A stretch of DNA of 64,000 bases, from positions 20,646,001-20,710,000 of the forward strand of contig NC_043021.1 of assembly GCF_006345805.1 (NCBI RefSeq). Direction: 5' to 3'. Position numbers and translations under genes: made by a program. The notes under the pieces are model-generated. The model had not been told where the DNA came from. It searched no databases and worked only from the letters and a program-made list of their open reading frames with translations. This document shows, piece by piece, positions 1-11,900 of the stretch; position 1 is the first letter of the stretch; every line of letters starts with the position of its first letter. The stretch comes from Octopus sinensis. Its lineage: Eukaryota.

Positions 1-584
1 GCTACGCCAGACTTCACGGGCCATCATGGCATTATGGAGGTCCTGTTGTTGGATGCCTGGAGATTACATCAGGGTAGGAGAGTGTGCGCCCTCTGGTTTT
101 GCGAGTAGATGGCTTCCAGAGGAGAAGAGTAGAAATTACCTCGTTTTCAGCGTTACAACAAATGTCCAGCAAACTGGACTCTCCTACCTATGTGTGCAGG
201 TGTGTGTCTAAGAGTGTTAACTCTTTTATCTCTGGCGACAGAACTGAATGGTGTGAAATGGAATGTAAGTGAAGCTACAAACAGGCAAATGAAGCCCTCA
301 CCAGAAAACTCATTATGCTAAAAATAGCAGCTAAAGGTCGGGTACACAGAATTATATTATTAAGATGACTTATGTGTTGCATACAATTTTTTACACTTTA
401 AGTAAACGTTTTTAATAGAAAGGCAGAAGACACCAGAAGCAAAAATAAGGAATATTCACACAGTTAAATATATAAGTGTTCAGCATAATTTGTTACATAA
501 TCTTTATAATTAATAAACATGATGCTGAATAGAATAATTCCCTGTTTGAACTTTTTTAATTATAAATATGTGTGTGTAATGGGA

Positions 585-960
585 TGGAAGCACTCTGTCG
601 GTTACGACGATGAAGGTTCCGGTTGATCCGAATCAACGGAACAGCCTTCTCGTGAAATTAAAGTGCAAGTGGCTGAGCATTCCACAGACACGTGCACCCT
701 TAACGTAGTACTCAGGGATATTCAGCGTGACACAGAGAGTGACAAGGCCGGCCCCTTGAAATACAGGTACAACAGAAACAGGAAGTAAGAGTGAGAGAAA
801 GTTGTGGTGAAAGAGTACAGCAGGGATCACCACCATCCCCTGTCGGAGCCTCGTGGAGCTTTTTTAGGTGTTTTCGCTCAATAAACACTCACAACGCCCG
901 GTCTGGGAATCGAAACCGCGAGTCCGCTGCCCTAGCCACTGGGCCATTGCGCCTCCACGT
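585..960 (-). mobile_element. tRNA-derived SINE, family C, tail type 1
   Basis: Minus strand begins GTGGAGGCGCAATGGCCCAGTGGCTAGGGCAGCGGACTCGCG..TTCGATTCCC (A/B-box-like). Shares ~190 nt with copies at 17110, 34480, 45650 and 52998. Confidence 0.75.
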
Positions 961-1421
961 GTGTAATAGAAATCTATGGATGCACAAAACAGAAAATGAA
1001 ACAAGGACGACTTGTTCAGAAACACCCACGGGTGGGGAACAGCTTTCAAAAATAGCCCCCAATTGTTTTCCCCCCAACATACCTATGTCCACGGAATCTA
1101 CATAGTCCGAGGTATATTTGTAGAGAATTTCATAAAAAAATATCCATTTTCTTGAAGGTTAAGACGAATTGAAGTGGACTCCTGTGAATTTTCAGTAATT
1201 TTGGGAGGGAAAGTGTTTTAGGAAACACATTCCCTCCCAAAATTTTGTATATTCGGAATCTACATGATATAACACATATTTGTAGACAATTTTTTGGAAG
1301 TTACGGTCATCCGAAGTCGGGGGCACAGAAATCTGTAGTTATGCCAATTCAAAAACACGCCAACATTGGTTGTCAAGCGATGAGGGAGGAACAAGCACAG
1401 ACATTCAAACACACATGCACC

Positions 1422-1429
<8 letters not shown>

Positions 1430-1453
<24 letters not shown>

Positions 1454-2056
1454 TATATGTATATATGTATGTATATATATATGTGTATTTATATATATGT
1501 ATGTATGTGTATATGTATGTATGTGTATATATATATATATGTGTGTGTGTATATATATATATATGTATGTATGTGTATATATATATATATATGTATGTAT
1601 GTGTATATATATATATGTATGTATGTGTATATATATATATGTATGTATGTATATATATATATGTATGTATATGTATGTATATATATATGTATGTATATGT
1701 ATGTATATATATATGTATGTATATATATATGTGTATGTATATATATATGTATATATATGTGTATGTATATATATATATATATATGTATATATATGTGTAT
1801 GTATATATATATATATGTATGTATATATATATGTGTGTATGTAATATTATGTTGTGTATGTATATATATGTGTGTATGTATATAATGTGTATGTATATAT
1901 ATATAATATATATATATATATAATATATATATATATGTATATATGTATGTATGTGTAATGTATGTATGTGTATATATATATGTATGGTGTTATATATAGG
2001 TATGTGATATATATATGTATGTGTGTGTATATATATGTATGTGTATATATATATGT

Positions 2057-2091
<35 letters not shown>

Positions 2092-2145
2092 CGTATGTGT
2101 ATATATATATACGTATGTGTATATATGTATGTATATATATATACA
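1430..2145. repeat. Compound (AT)n/(ATGT)n microsatellite
   Basis: Continuous TA/TG low-complexity tract. Similar tracts at ~2505-2978, 5960-6400, 21830-22135, 22620-22735, 23500-23775 and 25040-25250. Confidence 0.95.
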
Positions 2146-2149
2146 CAAA

Positions 2150-2405
2150 TACTAGAACTGGGTGCCAAGTATAGTGCCAAGGACTCCAAATTTGCCATTA
2201 AGATGTAGGACAAGATACTGCGTAGCCTGGGCTTCAGAGCCCACAGCTCTTCAATATTCTCCGAAGACATGAGAGACCTGCATGGGGTGGATGCAGATGT
2301 CTTCAATAAATCTGGACCTCTTCCTGTCGGTGTCCCAGATGAACCAACTTCACGCAGGAGGTGCAGATGGGGCAGCTGCATCGAACTCTCTCATGCACCA
2401 GATGT
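2150..2405 (+). mobile_element. Decayed CR1/L2-group LINE ORF2 C-terminal fragment
   Basis: With frameshifts it reads approximately [25 protein letters not shown]...LDLFL..VPDEP......AAASNSL, a typical CR1/L2-group ORF2 end. Confidence 0.55.
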
Positions 2406-2596
2406 CAATTGCTTAAAAAGCATTTGAAGTAAAATCACGTAGCAACACCGAATGGCGGTGCCCCAGCATGGCCACAGCTTGTGAGCTAAAACTAGATGAG
2501 ATGAATGAAAATATATATGTATATATATATATGTATGTATATATATATATATGTATGTATGTATATATATATGTATGATGTATATATATTATTATG

Positions 2597-2655
<59 letters not shown>

Positions 2656-2724
2656 GATATATTATGTATATATATATATTATATATATAGATATATATAT
2701 TATTCTATATATATATTATGTATG

Positions 2725-2762
<38 letters not shown>

Positions 2763-2848
2763 TGTATGTATATAATATATTGTATGTATATATATATATA
2801 GTAATGTATATATATATATATATATGTATGTATATATATATATGTATG

Positions 2849-2881
<33 letters not shown>

Positions 2882-2977
2882 GTATATATATATATTATAA
2901 TATATATTTATTTGATATATTATATATATAGTATATATATATATATATATATGTATGTATATATATATATATATATT

Positions 2978-5960
2978 ATATCAGGGAAAAGTACTACTGA
3001 TGCTATATTCCTGGTAAGACAGCTGCAGGAGAAAAATACCTAGCCAAGATAGCCCTTGTACCTGGCTTTTGTTGACTTGGAGAAAGCCTTTGACAGGGTC
3101 CCCCGGTCCCTTATCTGGTGGTCAATGAGGAAACTAGGGATAGAAGAATGGTTGGTGAGAGCTGTTCAAGCCATGTACAGAGACGCTGCTAGTAAGGTGA
3201 GGGTTGGCAACGAGTACAGTGAAGAATTCCGGGTAGAGGTTGGGGTCCACCAAGGTTCAGTCCTCAGTCCCTCCTATTTATCATAGTCCTCCAGGCAATA
3301 ACGGAGGAATTCAAGACAGGTTGCCCCTGGGAGCTCCTCTATGCTGATGACCTTGCTCTAATTGCTGAGTCACTATCAGAACTGGAGGAGAAGTTTCAGG
3401 TGTGGAAACAAGGATTAGAATCGAAGGGCCTTAGAATCAACCTAGCCAAAACCAAAGTTCTAATAAGTAGGAAGGTAGATCAATCACAAACGCCTTCAGG
3501 TAGATGGCCCTGCTCGATCTGTAAAAAAGGTGTAGGTAGAAAAACTCTATAAGATGCACCAAGTGTAAGCTATGGACACATAAGAGGTGCAGCAATGTCA
3601 AAGGAAGGCTAACTAGGAAAATAGTTTTTGTCTGTGGCAAATGCTCAGGAGCAATAAACACTGGAAATATGCAGAGACCAACTTCTGCCACGTTCCAGGG
3701 AGACAAACTAGAAGTAGTTGATAGCTTCCGCTACCTAGGAGACCAAGTCAGTAGCGGGGGTGGGTGTGCTGAAAGTGTAACTGCTAGAGTAAGAATAGCC
3801 TGGGCAAAGTTTAGAGAGCTCTACCCCTGCTGGTGACAAAAGGCCTCTCGCTCAGAGTAAAGGCAGACTGTATGATGCATGTGTACGTACAGCCATGCTA
3901 CATGGTAGTGAAACATGGGCCGTGACTGCTGAGGATATGCGTAAGCTCGCAAGAAATGAAGCCAGTATGCTCCGATGGATGTGTAATGTCAGTGTTCATA
4001 ATCGTCAGAGTGTAAGTTCCTTGAGAGAAAAGTTGAACCTAAGAAGCGTCAGTTGTGGCGTGCAAGAGAGACGGCTGCGCTGGTATGGTCATGTGACAAG
4101 AAAGGCTGAAGATAGTTGTGTGCAAAAGTGCTACACCCTAGCAGTGGAGGGAACCTGTGGAAGAGGTAGACCCAGGAAAACCTGGGACGAGGTGGTGAAG
4201 CACGACCTTCGAACTTTAGGTCTCACTAAGGAAATGTCTAGAGACCGAGACCTATGGAAGTATGCTGTGCATGAGAAGACCCGGCAAGACTAGTCAGGCC
4301 ATAACCCGTGGCCCCGACGGGGGACGTAGTCAGTCCTGTGCATACCTTCCTTCTTGTGACACTTATGAAGACCTGTTGAGGCAAGTGAAAATCAAATCAA
4401 ATCAAAACAAATCAAAATAGATGAACATCAGTGGAATTGTATTCTTCGTGGTACCAGTGCCGGTGGCACACAAGAAAACCACCCAAACGTGGCCGTAACC
4501 AGTACCGCATCGACTGGCCTCCGTGCTGTGGGCACAACACACACCATCCGATCGTGGCCGTTCGCCAGCCTCATCTGGCACCTGTGCCGGTGGCAATAAA
4601 GACACCATCCGAAGACCCGGCGACGTAGTCAGTCCACCTGTGCATACCTTCCCTCTTATGACACTTGTGAAGACCTGTTGAGCAAGTGTGTGACACTTGT
4701 GAAGACCTGTTGAGGCAGAGGCAGTGTGTGACACTTGTGGAGACCTGTTGAGGCAAGTGTGTGACCCTTGTGAAGAACTGTTGAGGCAAGTGAAAATCAA
4801 CCAAATCAAAATAGATGAATATCAATGGAATTTGTATCTTTGTGGTTCCAGTACCGGTGGCAACACAAGAAAACCATCCGAACGTGGCCGTCGACTGGCC
4901 TCCGTGCTGTGGGCACAACAAACACATCTGATCATGGCCGTTCGCCAGCCTCACCTGGCACCTGTGTCGGTGGCACATAAAAACACCACCACCATCCAAA
5001 GACCCGGCGACGTAGTCAGTCCACCTGTGCTTACCTTCCCTCTTATGACACTTGTGAAGACCTGTTGAGGCAGAGGCAAGTGTGTGACACTTGTGAAGAC
5101 CTGTTGAGGCAGAGGCAAGTGTGTGACACTTGTGGAGACCTGTTGAGGCAAGTGTGTGACACGCGTGACACTTGTGAAGACCTGTTGAGGCAAGTGAAAT
5201 CAAACCAAATCAAAATAGATGAACATCAATGGAATTTGTATCTTTGTGGTTCCAGTACCGGTGGCACACAGAAGAAAACCATCCGATCGTGGCCGTTCGC
5301 CAGCCACATCTGGCACCTGTGTCGGTGCACATAAAGACACCATCCGAAGACCCGGCGAGTAGACAGTCCACCTATGCATACCTTCCTTCTTGTGACACTT
5401 GTGAAGACCTGTTGAGGCAAGTGAAAATCAAATCAAATCAAATCAAATCAAATCAAATCAAAACAAATCAAAATAGATGAACATAAATGGAATTTGTATC
5501 TTTGTGGTACCAGTGCGGTGGCACACAAGAAAATCATCGAACGTGGCCGTAGCCAGTACCGCATAGACTGGCCTCCGTGCTTTGGACGGAGAAAACACCA
5601 TCCGATCGTGGCCGTCCGCCAGCCTCATCTGGCACCTGTGTCGGTGGCACATAAAAACACCATCCGAGCGTGGCCGTCTGCCAGCCTCGTCTGGCACCTG
5701 TGTCGGTGGCACATAAAAACACCATCCGAGCGTGGCCGTTCGCCAGCCTCGTCTGGCACCTGTGTCGGTGGCACATAAAATCACCCACTACACTCTCGGA
5801 GTGGTTGGCGTTAGGAAGGGCATCCAGCTGTAGAAACACTGCCAGATCTGACTGGCCTGGTGCAGCCTTCGGGCTCCCCAGACCCCAGTTGAACCGTCCA
5901 ACCCATGCTAGCATGGAAAACGGACGCTAAATGATGATGATGATGATGATGATGATGATG
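2978..5960 (+). mobile_element. 5'-truncated RTE-clade LINE (RT fragment plus expanded 3' UTR)
   Basis: Frameshifted RT: [70 protein letters not shown]; stop at 4293. The 3' UTR ends in an (ATG)n tail at ~5930-5960. Confidence 0.92.
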
Positions 5961-5982
5961 TATGTATATATATATATGTATG

Positions 5983-6013
<31 letters not shown>

Positions 6014-6344
6014 ATATATATATGTATGTATGTATATATATATATGTATGTATATATATTATGTATGTATATATATATATGTATGTATATATATGTATAT
6101 GTATATATATATGTATATGTATGTAATATATATGTATATGTATATATATATGTATATAATATGTATATATATATGTACGTCTATATATGTATATATATAT
6201 ATATGTATGTATATATATATTATATATTAATATATATGTATATATATGTATGTATATGTATATATGTATGTATGTATATGTATATATATGTATGTATATA
6301 TATATATAAATTTATGTGTGTATATATATATATATATGTATATT

Positions 6345-6386
<42 letters not shown>

Positions 6387-7177
6387 ATATGTATGTATAT
6401 CAATAATACAGTGATTGTTCCTTATCAGGAACAAAATGTTTAATAGGACTGCTATATAAGTGCTCAATTAAATGAGACAAATATATTAAACTATGGTTGC
6501 AGAACAAACAAATATAAGGGGAAAAGTAAAAAAAAACAGACATCACGTACCAGGTTTGGTTAAGGAGGTCTCGCTCTGGTACGTGATGTCTGTTTTTTTT
6601 TAATTCTCCCCTGACGAACAGTGATGTACCCCTGAAATGGCCACAGGCAATGTAAATATGGTTTCTTCATTTTTGCTTGGACACTGGCTTTTAATGATAG
6701 GTTTCCCTTATCTGAAAAGTAACTTTTAATCGGAAAAAAATTTCTAAACGATGAACTTTTATCTTACCTTATATACTATATATATTTTATCTAGTTTCAG
6801 CTCACGAGCTGTGGCCATGCTGGGGCACCGCCATATATTACTTATCTATATGCTTCCTATATTTATATGTGTATTTTTATATATCTATATATTTATATAT
6901 TTCTTATATTTTTATGTATTTGTTATTCTAGGTGTTGTAATGTTTTTAAAAAAATATTTCTTAATCGCCAAAGTATTAATCATTAACTTTTAACCGCGAT
7001 GAACTGTATTCACACATTTTTCTTATATGCTTGTATTGATGGGTTGTGTTTCATCTTCCGTGGTGTTATACATGTATATTCTATGAGAAAGAAAAAGAAT
7101 TATGTGATTAAATGTTCGAGATATGAAATGTTACGTGGATGACCTTGTATTTTTTTGTTCTGCAACCACAGTTTAAT

Positions 7178-7228
<51 letters not shown>

Positions 7229-7741
7229 TATATATATATATAAGTATAAATCTGTTGTATATATATATACATACACACAACAGATTTCTTTCAGTTTCTG
7301 TCTCCCAAATCCACTCACAAGACTTTTAGTAGAAGACACTTGCCCAAGGTGCCACACAGTGGGACTGAGCCCGGAACCATGTGGTTGGTAAGCAAGCTAG
7401 TCACCACACAACCACTCCTGCATCTAATTATAATTTTAATAATAATAATAATTACCGATAAAGTTGTTTCAAATGCTGGCCACTGTATATGGTCATTATT
7501 TGAAATACATATATATATATATCTGCCAATGTCGACATCTTTAACCAAAAGGCAGACTTCTATAACGCTGCCTTGTTAAAAGCCGGCTATAAGGAGAAAG
7601 TGTCATACATAGATTCAGCTCATTCTAAACCAAATATTCTACATACATATATATATATATATATTGTCAGAGTATCATGTCTCTGGAAAAGATGCACCCT
7701 CTAAAACACAGAGCAGTGATGTATCTATATGCAGTTAAGTC

Positions 7742-8228
7742 TATGTCTGGTCATAGAGTGACCAATGGTTTCGCGTCCATAAAGGGCGTATAACTCTTCG
7801 ACTTTGGGAGTAGTAAGTAACCAAAGTATTAATAATCCGGTACGGGTTATCTCCCTTAGACGAGTTCATATGGATCACAGAAAGGAACAGGGAATTTCAC
7901 CCTTAATCTGCCTTTAGTCTGTAAGGAGCTTTTTAGATCGAATCGATAACTGGGGAATCCCCCCCTTTTTTTTTTTGGTATCCCTCGTCAACTAAAAGCA
8001 GACTAAGACGCGATATTCCCCCTTCTTCCTTTTTTAACCCAGATGAACAGGTCTAAGGGAGATAACCCGTCCTGGCTTGTTCATTCTTAGGTTACTAACT
8101 GACCATAACAGATTCCTACCTTCTTAGGGTCGAAGATTTATACGCCTTCGGCTTTAGAGTCTGATGAGTCATCCATGGGGCTGGGCCCTTTATGGATGCG
8201 AAACCATTGGTCACTATGACTAGACATA
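7742..8228. mobile_element. Fold-back (long inverted repeat) element containing a hammerhead; probably Penelope-like-derived
   Basis: 7742-7870 is the imperfect reverse complement of 8043-8228 (gtgaccaatggtttcg/cgaaaccattggtcac; cgggttatctcccttagac/gtctaagggagataacccg). Confidence 0.75.
8155..8218 (+). ncRNA. Type I hammerhead ribozyme motif HHR-A
   Basis: CTGATGA 8161-8167; G8168-C8199 closes stem II (CATCCAT/ATGGATG); GAAA 8200-8203; stem III ACC-ATT-GGT; GUC 8210-8212; stem I AGT/ACT, shortened by a 2-nt deletion relative to the opposite arm. Confidence 0.75.
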
Positions 8229-8284
8229 TATTTAACTGCATATATATAGAAATATATTATATATATATATATATATATAAATAT

Positions 8285-8375
8285 ATGAAGGAGGGAATAA
8301 TATGCCCAATACATAAAGGGGGAAGTAGAGCAGATGCCAAAACCTATAGGCCTATCTCTCTGACTTCACACATCA
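8285..8375 (+). mobile_element. LINE RT fragment (CR1/L2-group)
   Basis: ICPIHKGGSRADAKTYRPISLTSHIS matches the 'PI.K.G......YRPISLTS' RT pre-domain motif. Confidence 0.7.
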
Positions 8376-8477
8376 GCAATTCTTCTAACGGTTTTTTAAA
8401 AAAACACTTATTATCGTTTTGTTTACCATGTAGGCGGTCATCAAAATTGTTGTTTGTCTTGTTGCCGAGAGAGGCTC

Positions 8478-8570
8478 CCTTTCTTTCCTGATGAGAAGAT
8501 TGCATCTTACACCCTTTATTCCTTTGGAACGAAACCATGTTGTCTTCGAAACATATGTCGAGAGTAAAGG
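8478..8570 (+). ncRNA. Type I hammerhead ribozyme motif HHR-B (fully canonical core)
   Basis: Stem I CCTTTCTTTC / GAGAG(T)AAAGG; CTGATGA 8488-8494; stem II GAAGA/TCTTC; GAAA 8548-8551; palindromic stem III ACATATGT; GUC 8557-8559. Confidence 0.85.
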
Positions 8571-9185
8571 AAGTTTGTTAACATCTTCGTTCGACTCCAT
8601 TCTTTCATTTATTCATATATAACACACAAATTTTTGCAAATGAACCTGGAGTTTCTACCCTTGGACAGGTCGCTTCAACCGTGTTTCTGACGTGAATTTG
8701 CTACCCTGGTATCAGTTCAACGAATTTTACATGCCGACGATAAACATAGGATAATTCATTCACCTATTGAAATATATATATACTTTGTTTTTGGATTTGG
8801 CTTGCAAGATTCTTTATGGGAGTTCGTGTGTTGAAGCATATTTTGTTGTGTCTGGGGAGAGTCATTCTCTTTTAGTGCCTTATTATTTAACACACTCACT
8901 GGTAAAATTTCCACTCATTTACTAATTTATATCTCCTAAAATTTTCGTTCCATCTTTGTAACCTTTTCAATAGTTGTTGACTCTCTCTCCATTATCCGAG
9001 CTGCGTTCTTTTCGCTTGTTTGTACGCTTGTGTGTGGGTCAGCATGTGTGCACACATACACACGTATGTATGTATGCATGTATGTGTATTCTGCATATTC
9101 ATGTGTTCGTACGTCTGGGTGTGTCTGTGTATGGGTTTTTTTTTGACTATGCACTGTCTGTATGTATGGATGTGAGTCTCCATAT

Positions 9186-9573
9186 TACTCTTTTACTGGT
9201 TTCAGTCATTTGACTGCGGCCATGCTGGAGCACTGCCTTTAGTCAAGCAAATCGATCCCGGGACTTATTCTTTGTAAGCCCAGTATTTATTCTATCGGTC
9301 TCTTTTGCCGCACCGCTAAGTGACGGGGACGTAAACACACCAACATCGGTTGTCAAACAATGCTAGGGGGGGACAAACACACACACACTTACATATATAT
9401 ACATATATACGACAGGCTTCTTTCAGTTTCCGTCTACCAAATCCACTCACAAGGCATTGGTTGGCCCGGGGCTATAGCAGAAGACACTTGCCCAAGATGC
9501 CACATGATGGGACTGAATCCAGAACCATGTGGTTGGTTAGCAAGCTACTTACCACACAACCACTCCTGCGCCT
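9186..9573 (-). mobile_element. tRNA-derived CORE-type SINE (octopus OR2-like)
   Basis: Head GGCGCAGGAGTGGTTGTGTGGTAAG..GG(G/A)TTCAGTCC, CORE-like A(C/T)CTTGGGCAAGTG, internal (AT/GT)n, tail GACTGAAAC(A/C)AGTAAAAGAG. More than 20 copies in the window. The family name is from memory of the octopus SINE literature, not a search. Confidence 0.85.
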
Positions 9574-9882
9574 ATGTGTCCTTGTATGAAGTGAAGTGAG
9601 TGTGTATAAGGTCACGTGCTTTAGTCTTCATTTGGGTATATATGTGTGTATGTGCGCTTGTCCGTTCATATTACCTATGTACCTATCCGTCTCTATGTCT
9701 ATCTGTTTACATTCATATCCATTTACCTACATACATGTGCACATCTCTCACTCTAACCGCTCAGTCGAAGTCGACTCTCGGCCACTCGTTGGATCAGTGT
9801 CCTCCAGTCAGTTCTATCCTGGGCCGCTTCCTTCAGAATGGCCATGTCCATTCAGGTATCACTCCTGATGATATATATATCA

Positions 9883-10218
9883 ATGGAAATTGCAGCTGTG
9901 ATACCAGTGCCGGTGGTACGTAAGAGAACCATCTGAACGTGGCCGTTGCCAGCGCCGCCCTGACTGGCCTCGTGCCGGTGGCACGTAAAAAGCACCATCC
10001 GATCGTGGCCGTTTGCCAGCCTCGTCTGGCACCTGTGCTGGTGGCACATAAAAAGCACCCACTACACTCACAGAGTGGTTGGCGCTAGGAAGGGCATCCA
10101 GCCGTAGAAACATTGCCAGATCAGACTGGGCCTGGTGCAGCCTTCTGGCTTCCCAGACCCCAGTTGAACTGTCAAACCCATGCTAGCATGGAAAGCGGAT
10201 GCTAAACGAAGATGATGA
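9883..10218 (+). mobile_element. RTE LINE 3'-UTR-only copy
   Basis: Contains 63-bp repeat units, GGAAGGGCATCCAGC, CCATGCTAGCATGGAAAGCGG and a (GAT)n tail, as in the 3' UTRs of the LINEs at 2978-5960 and 26742-30340. Confidence 0.85.
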
Positions 10219-10233
10219 TATATATATATATAT

Positions 10234-10615
10234 AGGCGCAGGAGTGGCTGTGTGGTAAGTAGCTTGCTTACCAACCACATAGTTCCGGGTTCAGTCAAAA
10301 TGCGTGGCATCTTGGGCAAGTGTCTTCTACTATAGCGCTGGGCCGACCAAAGCCTTGTGAGTGGATTTGGTAGACGGAAACTGAAAGAAGCCCGTCGTAT
10401 ATATGTATATACATATATAAGTATGTGTGTCTGTGTTTGTCCCCCCAACATCGCTTGACAACCGATGCTGGTGTGTTTATGTCCCTGTAACTTAGCAGTT
10501 CGGCAAAAGGGACCGATAGAATAAGTACTACGCTTACAAAGAATAAGTCCTGGGATCGATTTCTTCAACTAAAGGCCGCAGTCAAATGACTGAAACAAGT
10601 AGAAGAGTAAAAGAA
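10234..10615 (+). mobile_element. CORE-type SINE (OR2-like)
   Basis: Same family as 9186-9573, opposite orientation. Confidence 0.85.
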
Positions 10616-10685
10616 TATATGATTTTGATTTTGATTTTGATTTTTCCAGTTTCAGCTAATGAGCTGTGGCCATGCTGGGGCACCA

Positions 10686-10727
<42 letters not shown>

Positions 10728-11507
10728 TAACAGATAAAACCACTATTATGCAACTCAAACAGTGATAGACAAACCAAAACATAAAAAACAAATAAAATAT
10801 ATTTTTATAAAACATAATTAGATCTCAATAAGTATAACAATGAATGATCAATATATAATAAGTAAAAAAAACTATGTACGTTTCATGGCTACAATTAAAT
10901 TCGAATTACAATTAAGTTTAAATTCAATTAATAGAATTAAATTCAAGTGATACAAAGCAGGAGGTTGAATCAGGTGCTAGAATTGCACACAATGGAATGT
11001 GCCAAAACCAGCCTTCAAAGCCAAAGTTATTTTGACTAAATTCTTCACTATTTTCAAAATAAAGGGTTAACCCTTTAACATTTGGACTTCATCATTTAAA
11101 AAAAAAAAATCCTGCATTATGTTGCAACCTTGAGATACAAATTATGTGGCTGTATACTTTTCAGACTACATTGTAGGGTAGGTGCAAGAGGCAGGATCTG
11201 GCTAGTTTGAACATAAAAATGGGCAGAATGTTTTGGCTGGATATGGCCAGTTTAAATGCTAAATGGTTAAACAATTATTCAGTGAACTCTCCTATAGTAC
11301 TTACAGCTGCTCAAGCAAATGGTCACCAGTTTTTTCTACCATAGTGACACCAAGATTTGTGAAAGCTGAGGTTGGGTGAGCCTCAGTTGAACTGATCTCA
11401 CCATTCAGTGTGTAGGAATGTGTAAGAAGCTCACAAGCTTTGTAGAACTGCTTCTCCCATGATTAAAAAGTTTAACTGGTGGAAGAAATGCTTGTACTAG
11501 GATCATC

Positions 11508-11697
11508 ATCATCATCATCGTTTAACGTCCGTTCTCCATGCTAGCATGGATTGAACGGTTCGACCGGGGATCTGGGAAGCCAGAAGGCTGCACCAGGCTC
11601 CAGTCTGATCTGGCAGTGTTTCTACAGCTGGATGCCCTTGCTAACGCCAACCACTCCGTGAGTGTAGTGGGTGCTTTTTACGTGCCACCTGCACAGG
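11508..11697 (-). mobile_element. RTE LINE 3'-end fragment
   Basis: (CAT)n tail followed by the 3'-UTR terminal block; truncated. Confidence 0.8.
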
Positions 11698-11900
11698 GTT
11701 GTACTAGGATCATTAAATCAAAATAAAGCAAAGACGAGTCTGTGATATGCATAAAATCTGATTAGTAAATTTGAGTTTGAAGTGTTTTAACAGATTAAGA
11801 AACAATAAATTGATTGAACAAGGAATTTCTTACCTATGAAGTCATTGAAACTGAAATAAGTGTTTTTAGAATTAAATTCCAATGTCTTTGTCTTACTTTG

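Noticed and set aside
1-110. Short open frame (ATPDFTGHHGIMEVLLLDAWRLHQGRRV...) at the window start
   Set aside because: It is truncated by the window edge and I recognise no family.
1245-2381. Long Y/I/M/C/V-rich ORFs here and at the other AT tracts
   Set aside because: They are translations of (AT)n/(GT)n microsatellites, which lack stop codons in several frames.
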